A stretch of DNA of 64,000 bases from Lama guanicoe. Taxonomy: Eukaryota. Positions 38,995 through 51,210 of this stretch are shown piece by piece (position 1 is the stretch's first letter; each line of letters opens with the position of its first letter). Both the position numbers and the translations under genes were made by a program. Below the pieces are notes generated by a model. The model searched no databases. It was not told the origin of the DNA and saw only the letters and a list, made by a program, of their open reading frames with translations. Location: assembly GCA_013239625.1 (NCBI GenBank), contig MU053557.1, forward strand, positions 5,405,842-5,469,841, read 5' to 3'.

Positions 38995-39250
38995 GAATAT
39001 GAACTGGGCATCAGATAATACCCAAGAATGTGTGTTAATATGTGATAATGGCATATTACATAAGGAAATGTCCATGTGTTTTAGAGATGCACGCTGAGGT
39101 ATGTAGGGATAAAATGACATGATGTTTGAAAGTTGTTTTAAAATACCTTAGCAAAAAAAGGGAGGAGGTCAGTTAAATAAGTGTCGCAGTATCTTGATTC
39201 ACTCTACAATTCTACTTCTGTGTATGTTTGAAACTTTTCATTAAAATAAA
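38995..39250 (+). mobile_element. Old L1 (L1M-type) 3'-end fragment
   Basis: tgtgataatggcat...ttttagagatgcacgctgaggtat...tgtgtatgtttgaaacttttcattaaaataaa; AT-rich with a terminal polyA signal. Confidence 0.6.
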
Positions 39251-39450
39251 GGCAGGGTGGGGAGTGGGGGCTGGGGGGGTTGTCAGGAGAATTGTGAAAA
39301 GTTCCCTAGAATGTCTCTAAAAGAATGTCCCTATTCCACCTCTCTAAGAACTTTCTCTAGAGAGCCAACTCAGGTGAACTCCCCAACTGTATGTGCATAT
39401 GTGCATTTTCCCCTGGGAGAAAAAGATCCACAGCTTTCATCGGAGACTCA

Positions 39451-39468
39451 GAGGGGTCGTGACCCCTC
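39451..39468. promoter_or_regulatory. Palindromic (IR0-type) retinoic acid response element upstream of CDX1: GAGGGGTC-GT-GACCCCTC
   Basis: Perfect 8-bp inverted repeat (half-sites GGGTCG/TGACCC) about 0.5 kb upstream of the TATA box. This fits the atypical palindromic Cdx1 RARE known from mouse. Confidence 0.75.
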
Positions 39469-39874
39469 CTCCCCCCAAAAGAGTAAGAACCCGCTACCTT
39501 ACAGACGGGACCCTGTTTGAAGTCAGCGTTTCCCCACCTCCTTCGCTTCTAGCCCGTTACTGCAGACTGTGCCACAGGTCTGGTGCGGCTGTGTGATGCT
39601 GGCCTGGGGTGCCCCCACTCCTCAGATCCCTTTTCTCCACCTGTACAATAGGGTTGTGGGGCGGTCCACGCGGCCACGGGGAGGACGAGGGGTTCGGGCC
39701 TCTGCGCCCGGGGCTCCACAGGAGACTCCCACACCTAGCCACCTAGCGAAGCCTCGACGCTCGCCCGGGACGCGCCCTCTGAGCCCCCACCCCCTCCGGC
39801 CCCGGCCAGTCCACCTCCTGCTTGGGGCGGCAATTTGTCTCTTTTGACCCCCCCCGCCCCCGACGGGTTTCCCC

Positions 39875-39960
39875 CTTTGATTCGCAGCCTGGAGGCTCCC
39901 CCCTCTTTGAAATGCAAACCCGCCTCGGCTGGGGCCGCGGGCGGCCCGGAGCTATAAAAG
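39875..39960 (+). promoter_or_regulatory. CDX1 core promoter: TCF/LEF sites CTTTGAT (39875-39881) and CTTTGAA (39905-39911), TATA box TATAAAA (39953-39959)
   Basis: The motifs are seen directly. Cdx1 is an established direct Wnt/LEF-TCF target through proximal promoter sites. Confidence 0.85.
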
Positions 39961-40080
39961 GCCTGGGTGGGGCGCACGCAGTGTCAGGGCCGGGAGTTCA
40001 GGTGAGCAGTTGCTCGTCGGGGCGGCCGGCGGCGGCGGCGGCTCCGGGGCCCAGCATGCGCGGGGGGCCCCGCGGCCACC

Positions 40081-40525
40081 ATGTACGTGGGCTATGTGCT
40101 GGACAAGGATTCCCCCGTGTACCCCGGCCCCGCCAGACCCGCCAGTCTCGGCCTGGGCCCTCAAGCCTACGGGCCCCCGCCCCCGCCCCCTGGGCCCCCG
40201 CAGTATCCCGACTTCACCGGCTACTCTCACGTGGAGCCGGGCCCCGGGCCCCCTGCGGCCTGGAGTGCGCCCTTCCCTGCGCCCAAGGACGACTGGGCCG
40301 CCGCCTATGGCCCGGGCCCCGCGGCCCCCGCCGCCAGCCCGGCCCCGCTGGCATTCGGACCCCCGCCGGACTTTAGCGCGGTGCCCGCGCCCCCTGGGCC
40401 CGGCCCAGGTCTCCTGGCGCAGCCCCTCGGTGGCCCAGGCGCACCGTCCTCGCCTGGAGCGCAAAGGCGGACGCCCTTCGAGTGGATGCGGCGCAGCGTG
40501 GCGGCCGGAGGTGGCGGTGGCAGCG
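40081..40525 (+). CDS. CDX1: CDX1 exon 1 coding (MYVGYVLDKD... FEWMRR hexapeptide ...GGSG)
   Basis: ORF 40081..40587; Kozak gccaccATG; caudal-type N-terminus; donor |gtaagg; 445 nt. Confidence 0.98.
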
Positions 40526-41093
40526 GTAAGGATCCCTCCCTCGCCCTGCGCCTCAGAACGGTTCCCCTGGGCGCCGGCAGGTGCTAGGGCGAGGCCCTGG
40601 CCGCCCCCTGTCTGACCTCTGCCCGGCCCTGCTTGGGTTCCTGCGTGTGCCTCCACCCCCCACTCTCTCCCAGGCGGTTGTTCCCTCAGTTCTCCCCTTA
40701 TCCCAGCCTGCAGGAGCCTTAGCGAGCACAACCTGTGTCTCTGCAAAGATCGGGAAACTGAGACCCCAGAGTGAAGAAAAACGCCTTGTGGTTGCGTGGC
40801 AAAGCCGGAACTAGACGCAGGTCCCCAGACCTCTATCCTAGGGTAAACTTTTAGCCACACTGGTCATCATCTGTTTCTTTGCACCCCTATCCCAGCCCCA
40901 AGCCGGGGCTGCAAACTCGCCCCAGACAGGACATGAACCGACTGTGTGAACACCCGCAGGTCACTTCCTTTTCCAGGTGTCAGTCCCCTACCCCATACAT
41001 TGAAGACACTGGTGAGTCATATCCTACGACCTTCATTGCTTAGATTGGTGGTGGTGGTGGAGGGTCCCTACCTTACCATCTCAGGGCCCTCCC

Positions 41094-41391
41094 TGAACTC
41101 TTGACCCTGGGGGAGGGGAAAGCAGGAGCAGTTGGGAAGGTGGCTACTGTTTGGCTCCTGAACCTGTGAACCTCCTGCCCCCAGGCAGGCCTCTCGGATC
41201 CACCCTCTTCAAAGGCAGGGGAGGGGGCAGGACAAAGGCTCCGCTTTAATGAGGGGCAGCCTGACCTCCTTTATAGGTCCCCCCTTTGTCATGTAACAGG
41301 CTGGGCCTTGGCTCGGCAGTGACTCCTGTCGGCCGGAAAGTGAACATGATACTCCATTGTCCCGAAGGTGTCCGGCCTGTCCTGACAAAGG
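41094..41391. promoter_or_regulatory. CDX1 intron-1 enhancer-like cluster: two DR2 RAREs (41094-41107, 41159-41172) plus TCF/LEF-like and TTTAT motifs
   Basis: On the minus strand, GGGTCA-ag-AGTTCA and GGTTCA-ca-GGTTCA. Also TTCAAAG at 41208-41214, GACAAAGG at 41231 and 41384, and CCTTTGTC at 41283. Confidence 0.75.
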
Positions 41392-43079
41392 CCACCTGGC
41401 CTTAGGGGCGGGAAGTTGGCCTGCCCACTCTTTGATGTCCAGCCCCTCCTCCCCTTCCCCCAGCTGGGAGCGAGCCTGGAACTTCCCCCACCTCCTCTCT
41501 CTCTTCCCCTACCTCCTCTCTCTCTTCCCCTCAACGTCCCCACACACGCCAGCAGATGCTTGGGGCGGGGGTTGGTCAGTACCTACAGGTCTGGCTGTAA
41601 GTGTACCATCTTCTTGGGAGTCCCAAGGACACAGAATCCCAGACCTGCCTCCACAGGCCTCAGAGAACTGGGGTTGACACTCCAGCTCTGTCACTTGATT
41701 CTGTGGCAGCTAACGTGTATGGAACACTTACTAACGTAACGGAGCAGGCACTGACTTAAGATCTTTCAATTCTTATAACTTTATCATAGGTACTATTATC
41801 ACTCCCATTTTCAAGATGAAGAAATGATGGCATAGAGAGGTTAAATACTTTCAGAAGGAGAGTTATACTTGCATAACCAGCAAATGGTGGGGCTAGGCTT
41901 TGAACCCAGGCTGACTCACCAAGCCTGTGCTCTAGTCCTCTGAACAGCTTCTCTTAATTCAGTCATCTTTTCTGGGTCTCAGTTTTACCATCTGTGACAT
42001 GGGAAGGAAGGGTCTGTGCCTTTGTTTGAGTTACAAAAGGACCTTTTGAAAAATATGCTGTGAAGTACAAGTCTTCTCCCTAGAAAAAAAGCATTGCCTA
42101 ATTGGGCAGACAATTTCAGGGGATCTAGTGGCCCCCAGAAGCTTTATCCAGGTTGAGAACTTTGCATTAGATTACATGAGAGCAAGTGACTGGGGCTGCT
42201 GACCCTCTGGGTCCTGCGGCTCTGTATCTGTCCCCTGGAGAAGGAAGCTCACTTTTCCTGCTCCTTTATTCCAGTTGTTACTTCCTGTTGATCGGGTGAC
42301 TTTAGAGATGGATGGGGAGGTTCCCCAGGGGCGGGAACTTGGAGAGAGGCCATCACTGTGTGAGGGGGAGAGAGTGGGCCAGTGGGGGTAGGAGGACTGT
42401 CGGGAACCCTGGGGAGCTTCTAGGCTATGTCAGGCAAATCACAAGTTCTCTCTTGAGCACAGGAGCTGCCGAATCCAGCTCAGCTCTGTACTCAGAAGTC
42501 CTTTGGAAACTGTTGTCCCTGGGCAGATAGAAGACCTAGGAGTAACTCTGCCACCCTTATTCCCAGAAAGTAGAAGGAAGGGCTGAAGGAGGTTTGGGGG
42601 CTCCCCTAAAGAAAGTGGCTGCCCCAGGAGCCAGTTGAGAGCCATTCTGCCAAGGACACAGGAGCCTTGGCCTTCTCAAAGCTAGAAGCTGCTGCCTATC
42701 TGCTCAATAGGCATCTGCATCTGACTCTGACCAGTGCTCCTGACGTGGGGGCAGAATTGGGGTAGGGTTATAGACCCTCCCTGACAGAGAGGCCAAGCCC
42801 CTTCCCTCTTTGGCCTCAGTTTCTCCTTCTGGATAATGAAGGTACAAGGTCTCCAAGGGTGTTGCTTGGATGATGCTGTTGTCTGGGACAGCAGAGGGAA
42901 GGTCAGTGTGTGCCATCCCCCCAAATGTTGCTGGTCACCCTGTCTTAATGTACCCTTCCTGGCCAGTCCCCTTTTCCCCCTTTCTGTGCTTCCAGCATTC
43001 TAGAATATCTGAACTAGACAGACAGAGACCGACATACAGATGGGAAACTGAAGCCTGGAGATGGTAAGGAATGTTCTAG

Positions 43080-43575
43080 TTTCACACAAATGGAGGCTGG
43101 GCTGGGATATATTTTGGATGAGTCAGTTTAAAATTTTCCAGTCATTTCCCCTTATATTTAAGACAAAATCTACCCTCCTTTCTGAGACCTGCAAGCTACA
43201 TGTGCTACTGCAGGCCTTGTGCGTATGCTGTTCCCTCTTTGCAGAAAACTCCGTCCCCAGACTCTTTGCAGGTTCCTTCTCACCCTCCAGGTCTTAGCTT
43301 AGTGGCCACCTCCTCAGAGAGGTCCTCCATGATTTTCCAAAGTAGGCTCTCTGTATACCCATCAATAATCTTTGCCATGTTTCCTTCAGAGCACTAACCC
43401 CAATTTCAGTTTACTCACTTACTTATTTCTGTGCATGTTGTCTGTTCCCTACCCTCCAAGGTAAATTCCCATGAAGTCCAGAACCATGTCTGTTTGACCC
43501 ATGACTACAGCACAGGCACCTGGCTCAGTGTGTGGCATTTAGTAGGTGCTCAATACATTTTGTTGAATGAATGAA
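43080..43575 (+). mobile_element. L2 3'-end fragment
   Basis: Ends gtaggtgctcaatacattttgttgaatgaatgaa, the L2 tail. Confidence 0.7.
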
Positions 43576-44850
43576 CAGCGCAAGTGTGATGGACAGTAAG
43601 ACAACTCTGGGAGAAAAGGGGAGAGATGAAATCTCGACTTGGAGATGGGACCCACAACTGTCTGGCTGAACAGCTCATGCTAGTGGTGGAAGCCTGCTTG
43701 CCCACTCCTCCCTACTGGGACGATGCTCCATCCTCACCTGGGGAATGGGTATATCTGGGGCTAAGCTTTATCTAAGGAGGGGGCAGTGAAAATGCAGGAA
43801 GGTGCAGGAGAGGCTGTTATGTTGTCCATAAACAAAATATTAACCAGTTCTGAGTGATTACTATCACTTCACTGATGCCAGGATAGGAAATGACTACAAG
43901 AGGTTCTATTTTTTTCTTTTTTTTTGTCTTCACCCTTTGCATTTGTAATTATTAGTGTTCACCTTAGGAAGATTATAAATCACCCTTCTGTCGAAGTCGC
44001 AGTCTCCAATTCCTTATGAATAAATAGTACCTCACAGATTAATGGCTCACTGGGATAGCTGAGGTCTCGTACAAGTGGGGAGATGCTCACTTAGATGATG
44101 AGATCCTGAACCCTCCTCTCCCCACTACATTCCAGACCCTTTCTCTTGGCCCATTGCCACAGGCCACCAACCTGGCCTCTCGCCTTCAGCCTCTCTTTGA
44201 TGCCCTAGCTGTCCTCTAAACCATTATCGAATTTATACTCTCAAAGCACATCCCCTGCTCAAGAGTATTCCATGGTTCCCCACTGCCATGGAATTGCAAT
44301 TTCATTTTATGCCGTTTCATTGCCGCAAAATCCAGCCCCACTTCAGAGCCCTCTTGAGAACTGGCCGCAGCCCACTCTTGAAACCACTCTCCCATTAGTT
44401 TGCTTAGATACGGAGATGCTTACCTGGGACAGTTAAGAGTCTGACTCGGGAGCCTTAGACCTGGAACTATGTTTCTGTAAGACGCTGTATTAGCTTCAGG
44501 CAAGTTAATCGGGATCATTTCTCTGAGCCTCAACTTCTTCCACTGTAACATTAAGACAGTAACAGGATTACACCTCGAAGCAACGGGGCCTGTAAAGCCC
44601 AGCCCTGAGACTGGCATATTCAGTGCATTGATGCCTGCGTCCATCTCTGCCAGTCTTTAGCAGGTGCACACACCTCACACTTCCTGCCTCTCTAGTCTGG
44701 TTCCCTCAGCCTGAACTGCCCTCCCTTCTCTCTCCTACAGCTTTACCAAATGCTGCTTCTTCTCCAAGGACACCTCCTCTAGGAAGCCCTCCTTGGTTCC
44801 CTCCCCTCCAAGCACTGTATCAGGCCCTTGTTTTAACAACACTTATCACT

Positions 44851-44990
44851 AGGGGGAGGGTATAGTGCAGTGGTAGAGTATGTGCTAAGCATCCACAAGG
44901 TCCTAGGTTCAATCCCCACTATCACCATTTTTTTTTTAAAAACTAAAGGTGAATAAATAAACCTAATTACCTTCCCCCTTAAAATAACAA
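44851..44990 (+). mobile_element. tRNA(Ala)-derived SINE, Vic-1-like (camelid), with 18-bp target-site duplication
   Basis: Head gggggagggtatagtgcagtggtagag...ggttcaatcccc with A/B boxes; tail aataaataaacctaattacc; TSD ttaacaacacttatcact at 44833-44850 and 44991-45008. Confidence 0.85.
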
Positions 44991-47298
44991 TTAACAACAC
45001 TTATCACTGGCTGTCTTGTTTAGCCCTGCCGTCTACTGTCTGTTATCCCATGAAGGACCAGTCCTAATCAGTCCCATCCTTCTCACCATGCCTTACACAT
45101 AGTAGGAGCTCGTGATACAGCTAATAACTCTGGCATCAACTGAGCCTTTACCATTTGCTAGGCACTGTGCCAAGGACTTTGCATGGTGATCTCACTTAAG
45201 TCTCATAACAACCCTAAGAAGTGTGAGGTTCTATTATTTGCTTCATTTTTTTTTTTATGAGACTCGGAGAGGGTAACACGTTTTGCCCAAGGTCACATAG
45301 CTAGGAGGTGGCAGCACAGGGTTCAAATCCAGACCCTATAGGCTAATGAGCGTCTATCAAATAAAACAACACACTTGGAGTGGGAGCCCGGCCCCCTCCC
45401 ATGTGCATTCCAGCCCAGGTGGGGAAAAGGAGGCCAGTCAGAGCTGAGCCATAAGAGGCTGGGGGCGGGGGGGGGGAGCGCACAGCAGGGGCCAGGCTGT
45501 TTAAAGCTGGTTCTCAAGGCAGAAGCTCCATCTGACACCTCATCTCTCAGATGCAGCTGGGAAGGGGGGAATGACCCAGTTAGAAGGTGGCAGAAGGCTT
45601 TTTTTGGTTGGGTGTTTTTCCCCCCACTTTGGCAGATACTGCTGTTGAGAGCTTGGGGAGTTGTTCTGAAGGTCCAGAACAGCTTTGTTAGCAGCAAGGC
45701 TGGCTTGTCAGTGGGAAGTTATCTTAATGGGATGGCCCCTCAAGTTCCTGTCCTGGAGCTTCTGGGATCTGGAAACATTTACATCTCGAGTCAGATCCAT
45801 CACCACAGTAACATGCTAAGCACCCCCCCATGCCATAATCGCCCATCAAGCTTGTAGGGGTGCCCCACATAGATCCCCTGGCATCAGCAGTGAAAGGGCA
45901 CAGACCTTAGTGAAAGCTGAGGCTGACACTCCAGGCTCATCCCCCTCCAGTCACTTCCCATTGCTCTAAAAGTCAAATCCAAAGGCCTCACCCCAGGGCT
46001 CAAAGCTCTGCTAGCCTCTCCAGCTGCATCACGTGCCTCTCTCATCCATTCATTCATACAGGCAGGCAGGCGATAACAGTCTGAGTCTCTATGCTAAACA
46101 TGCTGTTAGGTGCTGGGGATTCCGGCCAGAACAAGGCAGGCAGGGTCCATCAGGGGGCCAGTACTCTGCTGCTCCTCTCTGCCTTAGGACCTGTGCACAT
46201 GCTGTTCACTCTTCCTGGAATATTCTTCCCAATTGGTGACCTGGAAACTTCCTTCTCAACCTTCAGATCTTGGCTTAAATGTAGCCTCCTCCAGGAGACC
46301 TCCCCCAAGCTAAATAAAGTAGGCTCCCCACTCCACCCTGACCACTCAGTCTAGCTCTCAGCTCCATGACTGCTTTCCTTCACACTAATCACAGTTAGTA
46401 ATTTTTTGTTTTTCGTCTGCCCCCACCCACCCATGTAAGGGGGAATGAACTGTTTTAACATGTAAGTACGGAGCACCTCCCACAGTAGTGATATGAACTA
46501 GCATCTACTGAGTGCTTAGTATTTTTTCAAATGCAGGTATTTTTGACCCCAGAACAACACATTTCTCCATTAGATTAGTGGTTTTGACTAAGGCTGTGGG
46601 AGCAGTGGAGCTGGATGGAAGGCTGTCCTTTGGAGGTTGAGCCAATCAGCTGACGGATTGGATGTGAGGGGTGGAGGAAGCACCACCTAGGCTTTTGGCG
46701 TGAGTGGCTGGAGAATGGGGGCTATTTACTGTGATGAGGAAGACCAGGAAGCTGTAGATCTGTGTTACATTCAACAAGGACTCATCGTGGGCTCACCCTG
46801 TGTGTCAGGCACTGCTGTGGGACAGGATGAGCAAGAAGACATGGTCCCTACCCTCACAGAGCGTACAGAGAGCCAGGCACTGAGGGGAGGGGGTGTGTCA
46901 AGGTCCCGCAGCGAGCTAGAAAAAGGCTAGAGTCCAGAGCCTCTTCCTACACCTCCGCCCCATATGTGACTCTTCAAGACCCATGCCTGCGGATGGTTTG
47001 CAAGGACTTCAGCTCCAGACCAGAGGAGGATGGCCAGGGGAGGGCAGAGGCCTAGAAACACCACCAGGAAACAGCTGAGAGGACGCAGGTGTTCAGCCCA
47101 GAAGAAGACTTGAAGGGATGCAGATGCTGCTTCCAACACTTAGAAGGGCTGTTCTAGGCCCCTTATTTCTGGTGCCCCTTGTGGAAAATCCTAGGAAGAA
47201 TATAAAGGGGTGATGGATGCAAGAATAGGCTGCTATACAGGTAGCCCAAGCAGTCTGGTTAGATGTGCACTGCAGGTGTGGGCATCTAGTTTGGTCTA

Positions 47299-47497
47299 GC
47301 TGTGTTATCCGATGGAACTTTCTGTGATGATGGCTCTATGTCTGTGCCGTCCAGTGTGCTGGCCACTAGTGACATGTGTCTATTGAGCACTCAATACATG
47401 GCTAGTGTGACTAAAGAACTGAATTTTTAATTCTGTGTAATTAATTTTAATTTAAATAGCCACATGTGGCTAGTAGCTGTCATATGGGACAGTGCAA
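47299..47497 (+). mobile_element. MER3-like hAT-Charlie MITE
   Basis: gaactttctgtgatgatgg...gccactag...gaactgaatttttaatt...aaatagccacatgtggctagt...ggacagtgca matches the MER3 pattern as recalled. Confidence 0.75.
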
Positions 47498-48637
47498 GAA
47501 AATCTCTCTCAAGAGTTCCTAGAATGGCAATCCATTCCAGATGGGCTTCTTACACTCCAGCAAGGACTCTTTCCTGCCCCTTTTGTGTCTGCAGTCATCG
47601 TCATCATCTTCATCATCATCATCACATCTTTGTCACAGTTAGCTTTTATTAATAATTACCTGGTTAACTAGATGATCACGTCTAATCTCCACAGCCACCG
47701 TGTCTAAAGGAGGCATTCACGTCCCCATTTCATGGATGAATAAACTGGGATTCAGAGAGGTTCAGTGACTTCCCTGAGTTCACGCTGCTGGCACGTGGCC
47801 GGGCTGGGTTGGAACCATTGGGCCTATCTGACTCTGACGTCCCTATCCTCTTCACTGCCTCCCATAGTCAAGTCAGATCGTGGACCTCCTTGAAGAAGAT
47901 AGGGGAGAGGAAGATGCAAAGGTGGCCTGGGAGGAAGAGGGTGTGGTGCTGACTGAGCTCTGTGACTAGGAGGGAGGGTGACAGTGGGGTGAAGCCTTCC
48001 TAAAGCTACAGGACTCCTGAGTATGGCTGGCCTGGCCATCCTCCCTTCACCTCACCCCCACTCTCTGCCAGCTCCAGGGATGAGCAGGGTTGAATGAGGA
48101 AATGTGTTAGAGCAGTCTGGAACAGGCAAACCAGCTGGAACAAGGACCAGTCATGGACCCAATAGAGAGCCTCACAGCGCAGGGAGGACATTGGTCAGTC
48201 CATCATCTAATTGGGCGAATCAGGGCTGCTGCAGCAGAAGTCCCACCCACTGGTGGTACAGATGGGGAAACAGGTCCAAGCTAAACATCACATGTCCAGC
48301 TGGTGGCCCAGCCAGACCTCCCACTCCCAGACCGGTGTGTTCTTTGCCCTGCAGCTCCCTATCAGGTGGCATTCCTCCCTCTCCCAAGGGATCCCTCCAA
48401 CATCCACTTCTGCAAATAGCTCAGTTCTCCTTGTTGCCTCCATAGCTCTTTGTCCTTTGCAGACTGCTTTCACATCCATTTTGCTCCCCAGGGTGAGAGG
48501 AAAGCCCAAAGAAGTTTAGTCATTTGTCAAATCCTTCAGCTAAAGATGCAGACCTGGGCCCAGGTCCTTAAGGGAGGCTTAGAGCTGCACAGAAGTTCCG
48601 AAATCTACGGGGCCCTAGGAGCTGACGCTCAATCCTC

Positions 48638-48743
48638 TTTATTTATGTTTAAAGACAAATTTTTTTAAATGGAGGTACTGAGGATTGAACCCAGAACATC
48701 GTGCCTGCTAAGCATGTGTACTACCACTGAGCTATACCCACCC
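48638..48743 (-). mobile_element. tRNA-derived SINE, Vic-1-like, reverse orientation
   Basis: Minus strand reads gggtgggtatagctcagtggtag...gggttcaatcctcagtacctccatttaaaaaaaa. Confidence 0.8.
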
Positions 48744-48859
48744 GCCCAACCCTGTTCTGATGCACAGGAGAATCTGAGGCCCAGAGAGGAGAAGAGACTT
48801 ATTTAAGGCCACACAGATGGTACTGAACTGGGACCAGGACCTACTGACTCCAGCTGGTG

Positions 48860-48956
48860 GTTCAGAATCCCCTCTGGTGGGCTTGTTGAAGATGGCAGGG
48901 AGACTAGGACGCAGTAGGTCTGGGAGTCTGGGAATCTGTATTTTTAATAAGCATCC
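48860..48956. mobile_element. MER5A-like fragment (similar fragments at about 49940-50085 and 53865-53975)
   Basis: cagaatc...gtaggtctggg...ggaatctgtatttttaataagc motif typical of MER5A. Confidence 0.55.
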
Positions 48957-50594
48957 ATGCATGCATGTATGCATCTGTGTGTGTGTGTGTATGTATGTGT
49001 GAGTTGGGGTGGGAGGGGAATTTTGTGTACAGCCAGTGAGGCTGGACCACACAAAGAGGGGTCATGGACTTAACGTCTCAGGCCCTGAGAGCCAGAGCTG
49101 GCAGTCTCATCCCCCAGGGCCACAAACCCAGCAGGAAGAGGACAAAGGAAGTGCTGACCCAGAGGCCACTTGATTTTCCTGGAGCCACTTGCCCCGCCCT
49201 GGGGGCAGAGGCTAAACTCTGTCCTTGCCTGGCCCAGTTGGATGGGGAGGCCCCACTGCAGACCAACAGGCTCCTGCCCGCTATCCTCCAGCTGGGCGGG
49301 CCCAGTTTCTAAACTCTCAGACAGGGAAATCAGTCTTAGAATTCTTTCAGCAGTAGTAACAAACATAATCAGAGAATCAACAAACATTGGGAGCTTCATG
49401 TTTCCAAGTTGGAAGGGACCTTATAAATAAACAGTTTCGTTCAAAACACAACCCATTGCTCAGATCCATTTTCCAGCATCCCTGCCATATGGTTATCCCA
49501 CTACTATTGGAAATGAGTAAGATATACCCTTCCCTGCATCCCTACGTGGCAGGTACTGTGCCACACATCATCCATCCATCCATCTCAAGTGACCCCCTGT
49601 ACACAAGGTGTGGAGATAATTATGGGAGACCTTACACTGGATGATAGGTTCTGGTGCTATTTCTGAGGCTAGAGAGACCTGGGTTTAAATACCTACCTGC
49701 CCGATGTGTGTACCTCAGTTTTCTCATCTGTAAAATAGCAATAACAGTTGCATAGCTTCAGAGGCTGCTGAGAGATGTATGCAGAGTGCCTGACACATGG
49801 ACATATTGGCCACTATTGGAATAATAATTATCCCCATTTTATAGATACAGAAAATGAGACTCAGAATGGTGAGGTGACTGTCCTAGGTCACCCAACCAGT
49901 GAGAAGCTACACAGCACAGCCCTGGAGGTCTGCTTGCCCAAACAACCATATGTCAGGGTCACCTGGAGTATCAAATTTCAGGGCCCCACTTCAACCCCAC
50001 TGAGTATGAATTTCTGGGCCAGAATCTGTGCTTTTTAGAAGCTCCTTAGGCAACCCTGAGGCTCCTGGTCGTGCATTTGGAACCATTAGCCAGGAGCTTC
50101 CCAAGTCCTCTTTAGGGGATGGGGAGTTTGCTACCTCCATCACTGCCTGATGCGTATGGATGGGCCTTTCCTCACATCCCAAAACCAGAGCAGAGAGAAA
50201 GCCTCCCATTGGGAGAGTTATTCAAGGCTCTTCTCCCGCCATGCTCACCCCTGAAGATCTGGGGAGGGGGGAGGGCTCCGACCCTCCCTCCCACCCACTT
50301 GCACTGGCATCCGGCCCAGAGCGTTATTCATTAGGTGGCTGGGAGCGGCCTGGCCCCCATCAGACACCTGTTACAGGAGCCCGGACTTCCCTCTTAGTCC
50401 CAGTGTCCCAGGGGCCTGTAAATCATTCATCCCAGGCCCTCTCCCCGCCCCACCGCTGTCACGCACCTCCCTGCCTCCTCCCTCCTGGGCTCGCAGGGTG
50501 GCACAGGTGTTCACAGGAAGGGAAGGGAGTTGCTCGGGGCAGTGGGGAGTTCTGGCCCAGAGCTGGGACTGGAGCCCAGGCTCCTGACTGTCAT

Positions 50595-51210
50595 TAAAAA
50601 TATAGATTCACATCAGCACATGGTAAAAATTTAAACATCCCAAAGACTCCTTCCGACCTGTGGCTCTCCAGCCTCCAGTCCCCTCTCCAGGCAGCCTCTA
50701 TTGTTGGCTTATTGTATATTCTTTCAGAAAGAACTCTCTGGGTGTGCAAACATGTTTGAGTGTATGTGTATTCTATTTTTATCCAAAAATAGTAACATTA
50801 ATGTTCACAACATTCTGTCTTGCATTTTTAAACAATAGATTTTTAGAAATTGCTCCATATTGGCACATATTGGAGCTTTATAATTTCTTTTGAATGACTG
50901 CATAATGCTCCTGTCTGGATGTACCATCTCTTATCTAATTAACCAGTCTCGACTCATAGGCATGTGCATTGTCCTTAATTTTGTGCTATTTGGAACAGTT
51001 AGCGCTTTGGTCATTTTTCTGTGGGATCAGTCCCTGCAAGTGGGATTAATGGGTCAAAGGGCATGTGCATGTTAAGTGAGGCTGAGATCACCAAGCTGGG
51101 CTCCAAGGAGCATGCTCCAGTTATCATTCCCCAGACAGCAGATGGGACTCCCTGGTTCCTGGACCACACAGTGCGATGTCAAACATTTGGTTCTCTGACA
51201 GAGCCATTTT
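50595..51210 (-). mobile_element. Old L1 fragment
   Basis: AT-rich block with gtgggattaatgggtcaaagggcatgtgcat, typical of antisense L1M. Confidence 0.55.

Larger units (their letters stand above)
39660..40660. other. CpG island over CDX1 promoter and exon 1
   Basis: Very high GC content and CpG density compared with the CpG-depleted flanks; boundaries estimated by eye. Confidence 0.85.

Noticed and set aside
39952..40860. 302-aa antisense ORF over CDX1 exon 1
   Set aside because: A stop-poor shadow of a GC-rich coding exon and CpG island; low-complexity G/R/A composition and no recognisable domain.
44851..44930. Apparent tRNA-Ala genes (also at about 48.7 kb and 54.9 kb)
   Set aside because: Mismatched stems plus AT-rich SINE tails and target-site duplications show they are tRNA-derived SINEs.
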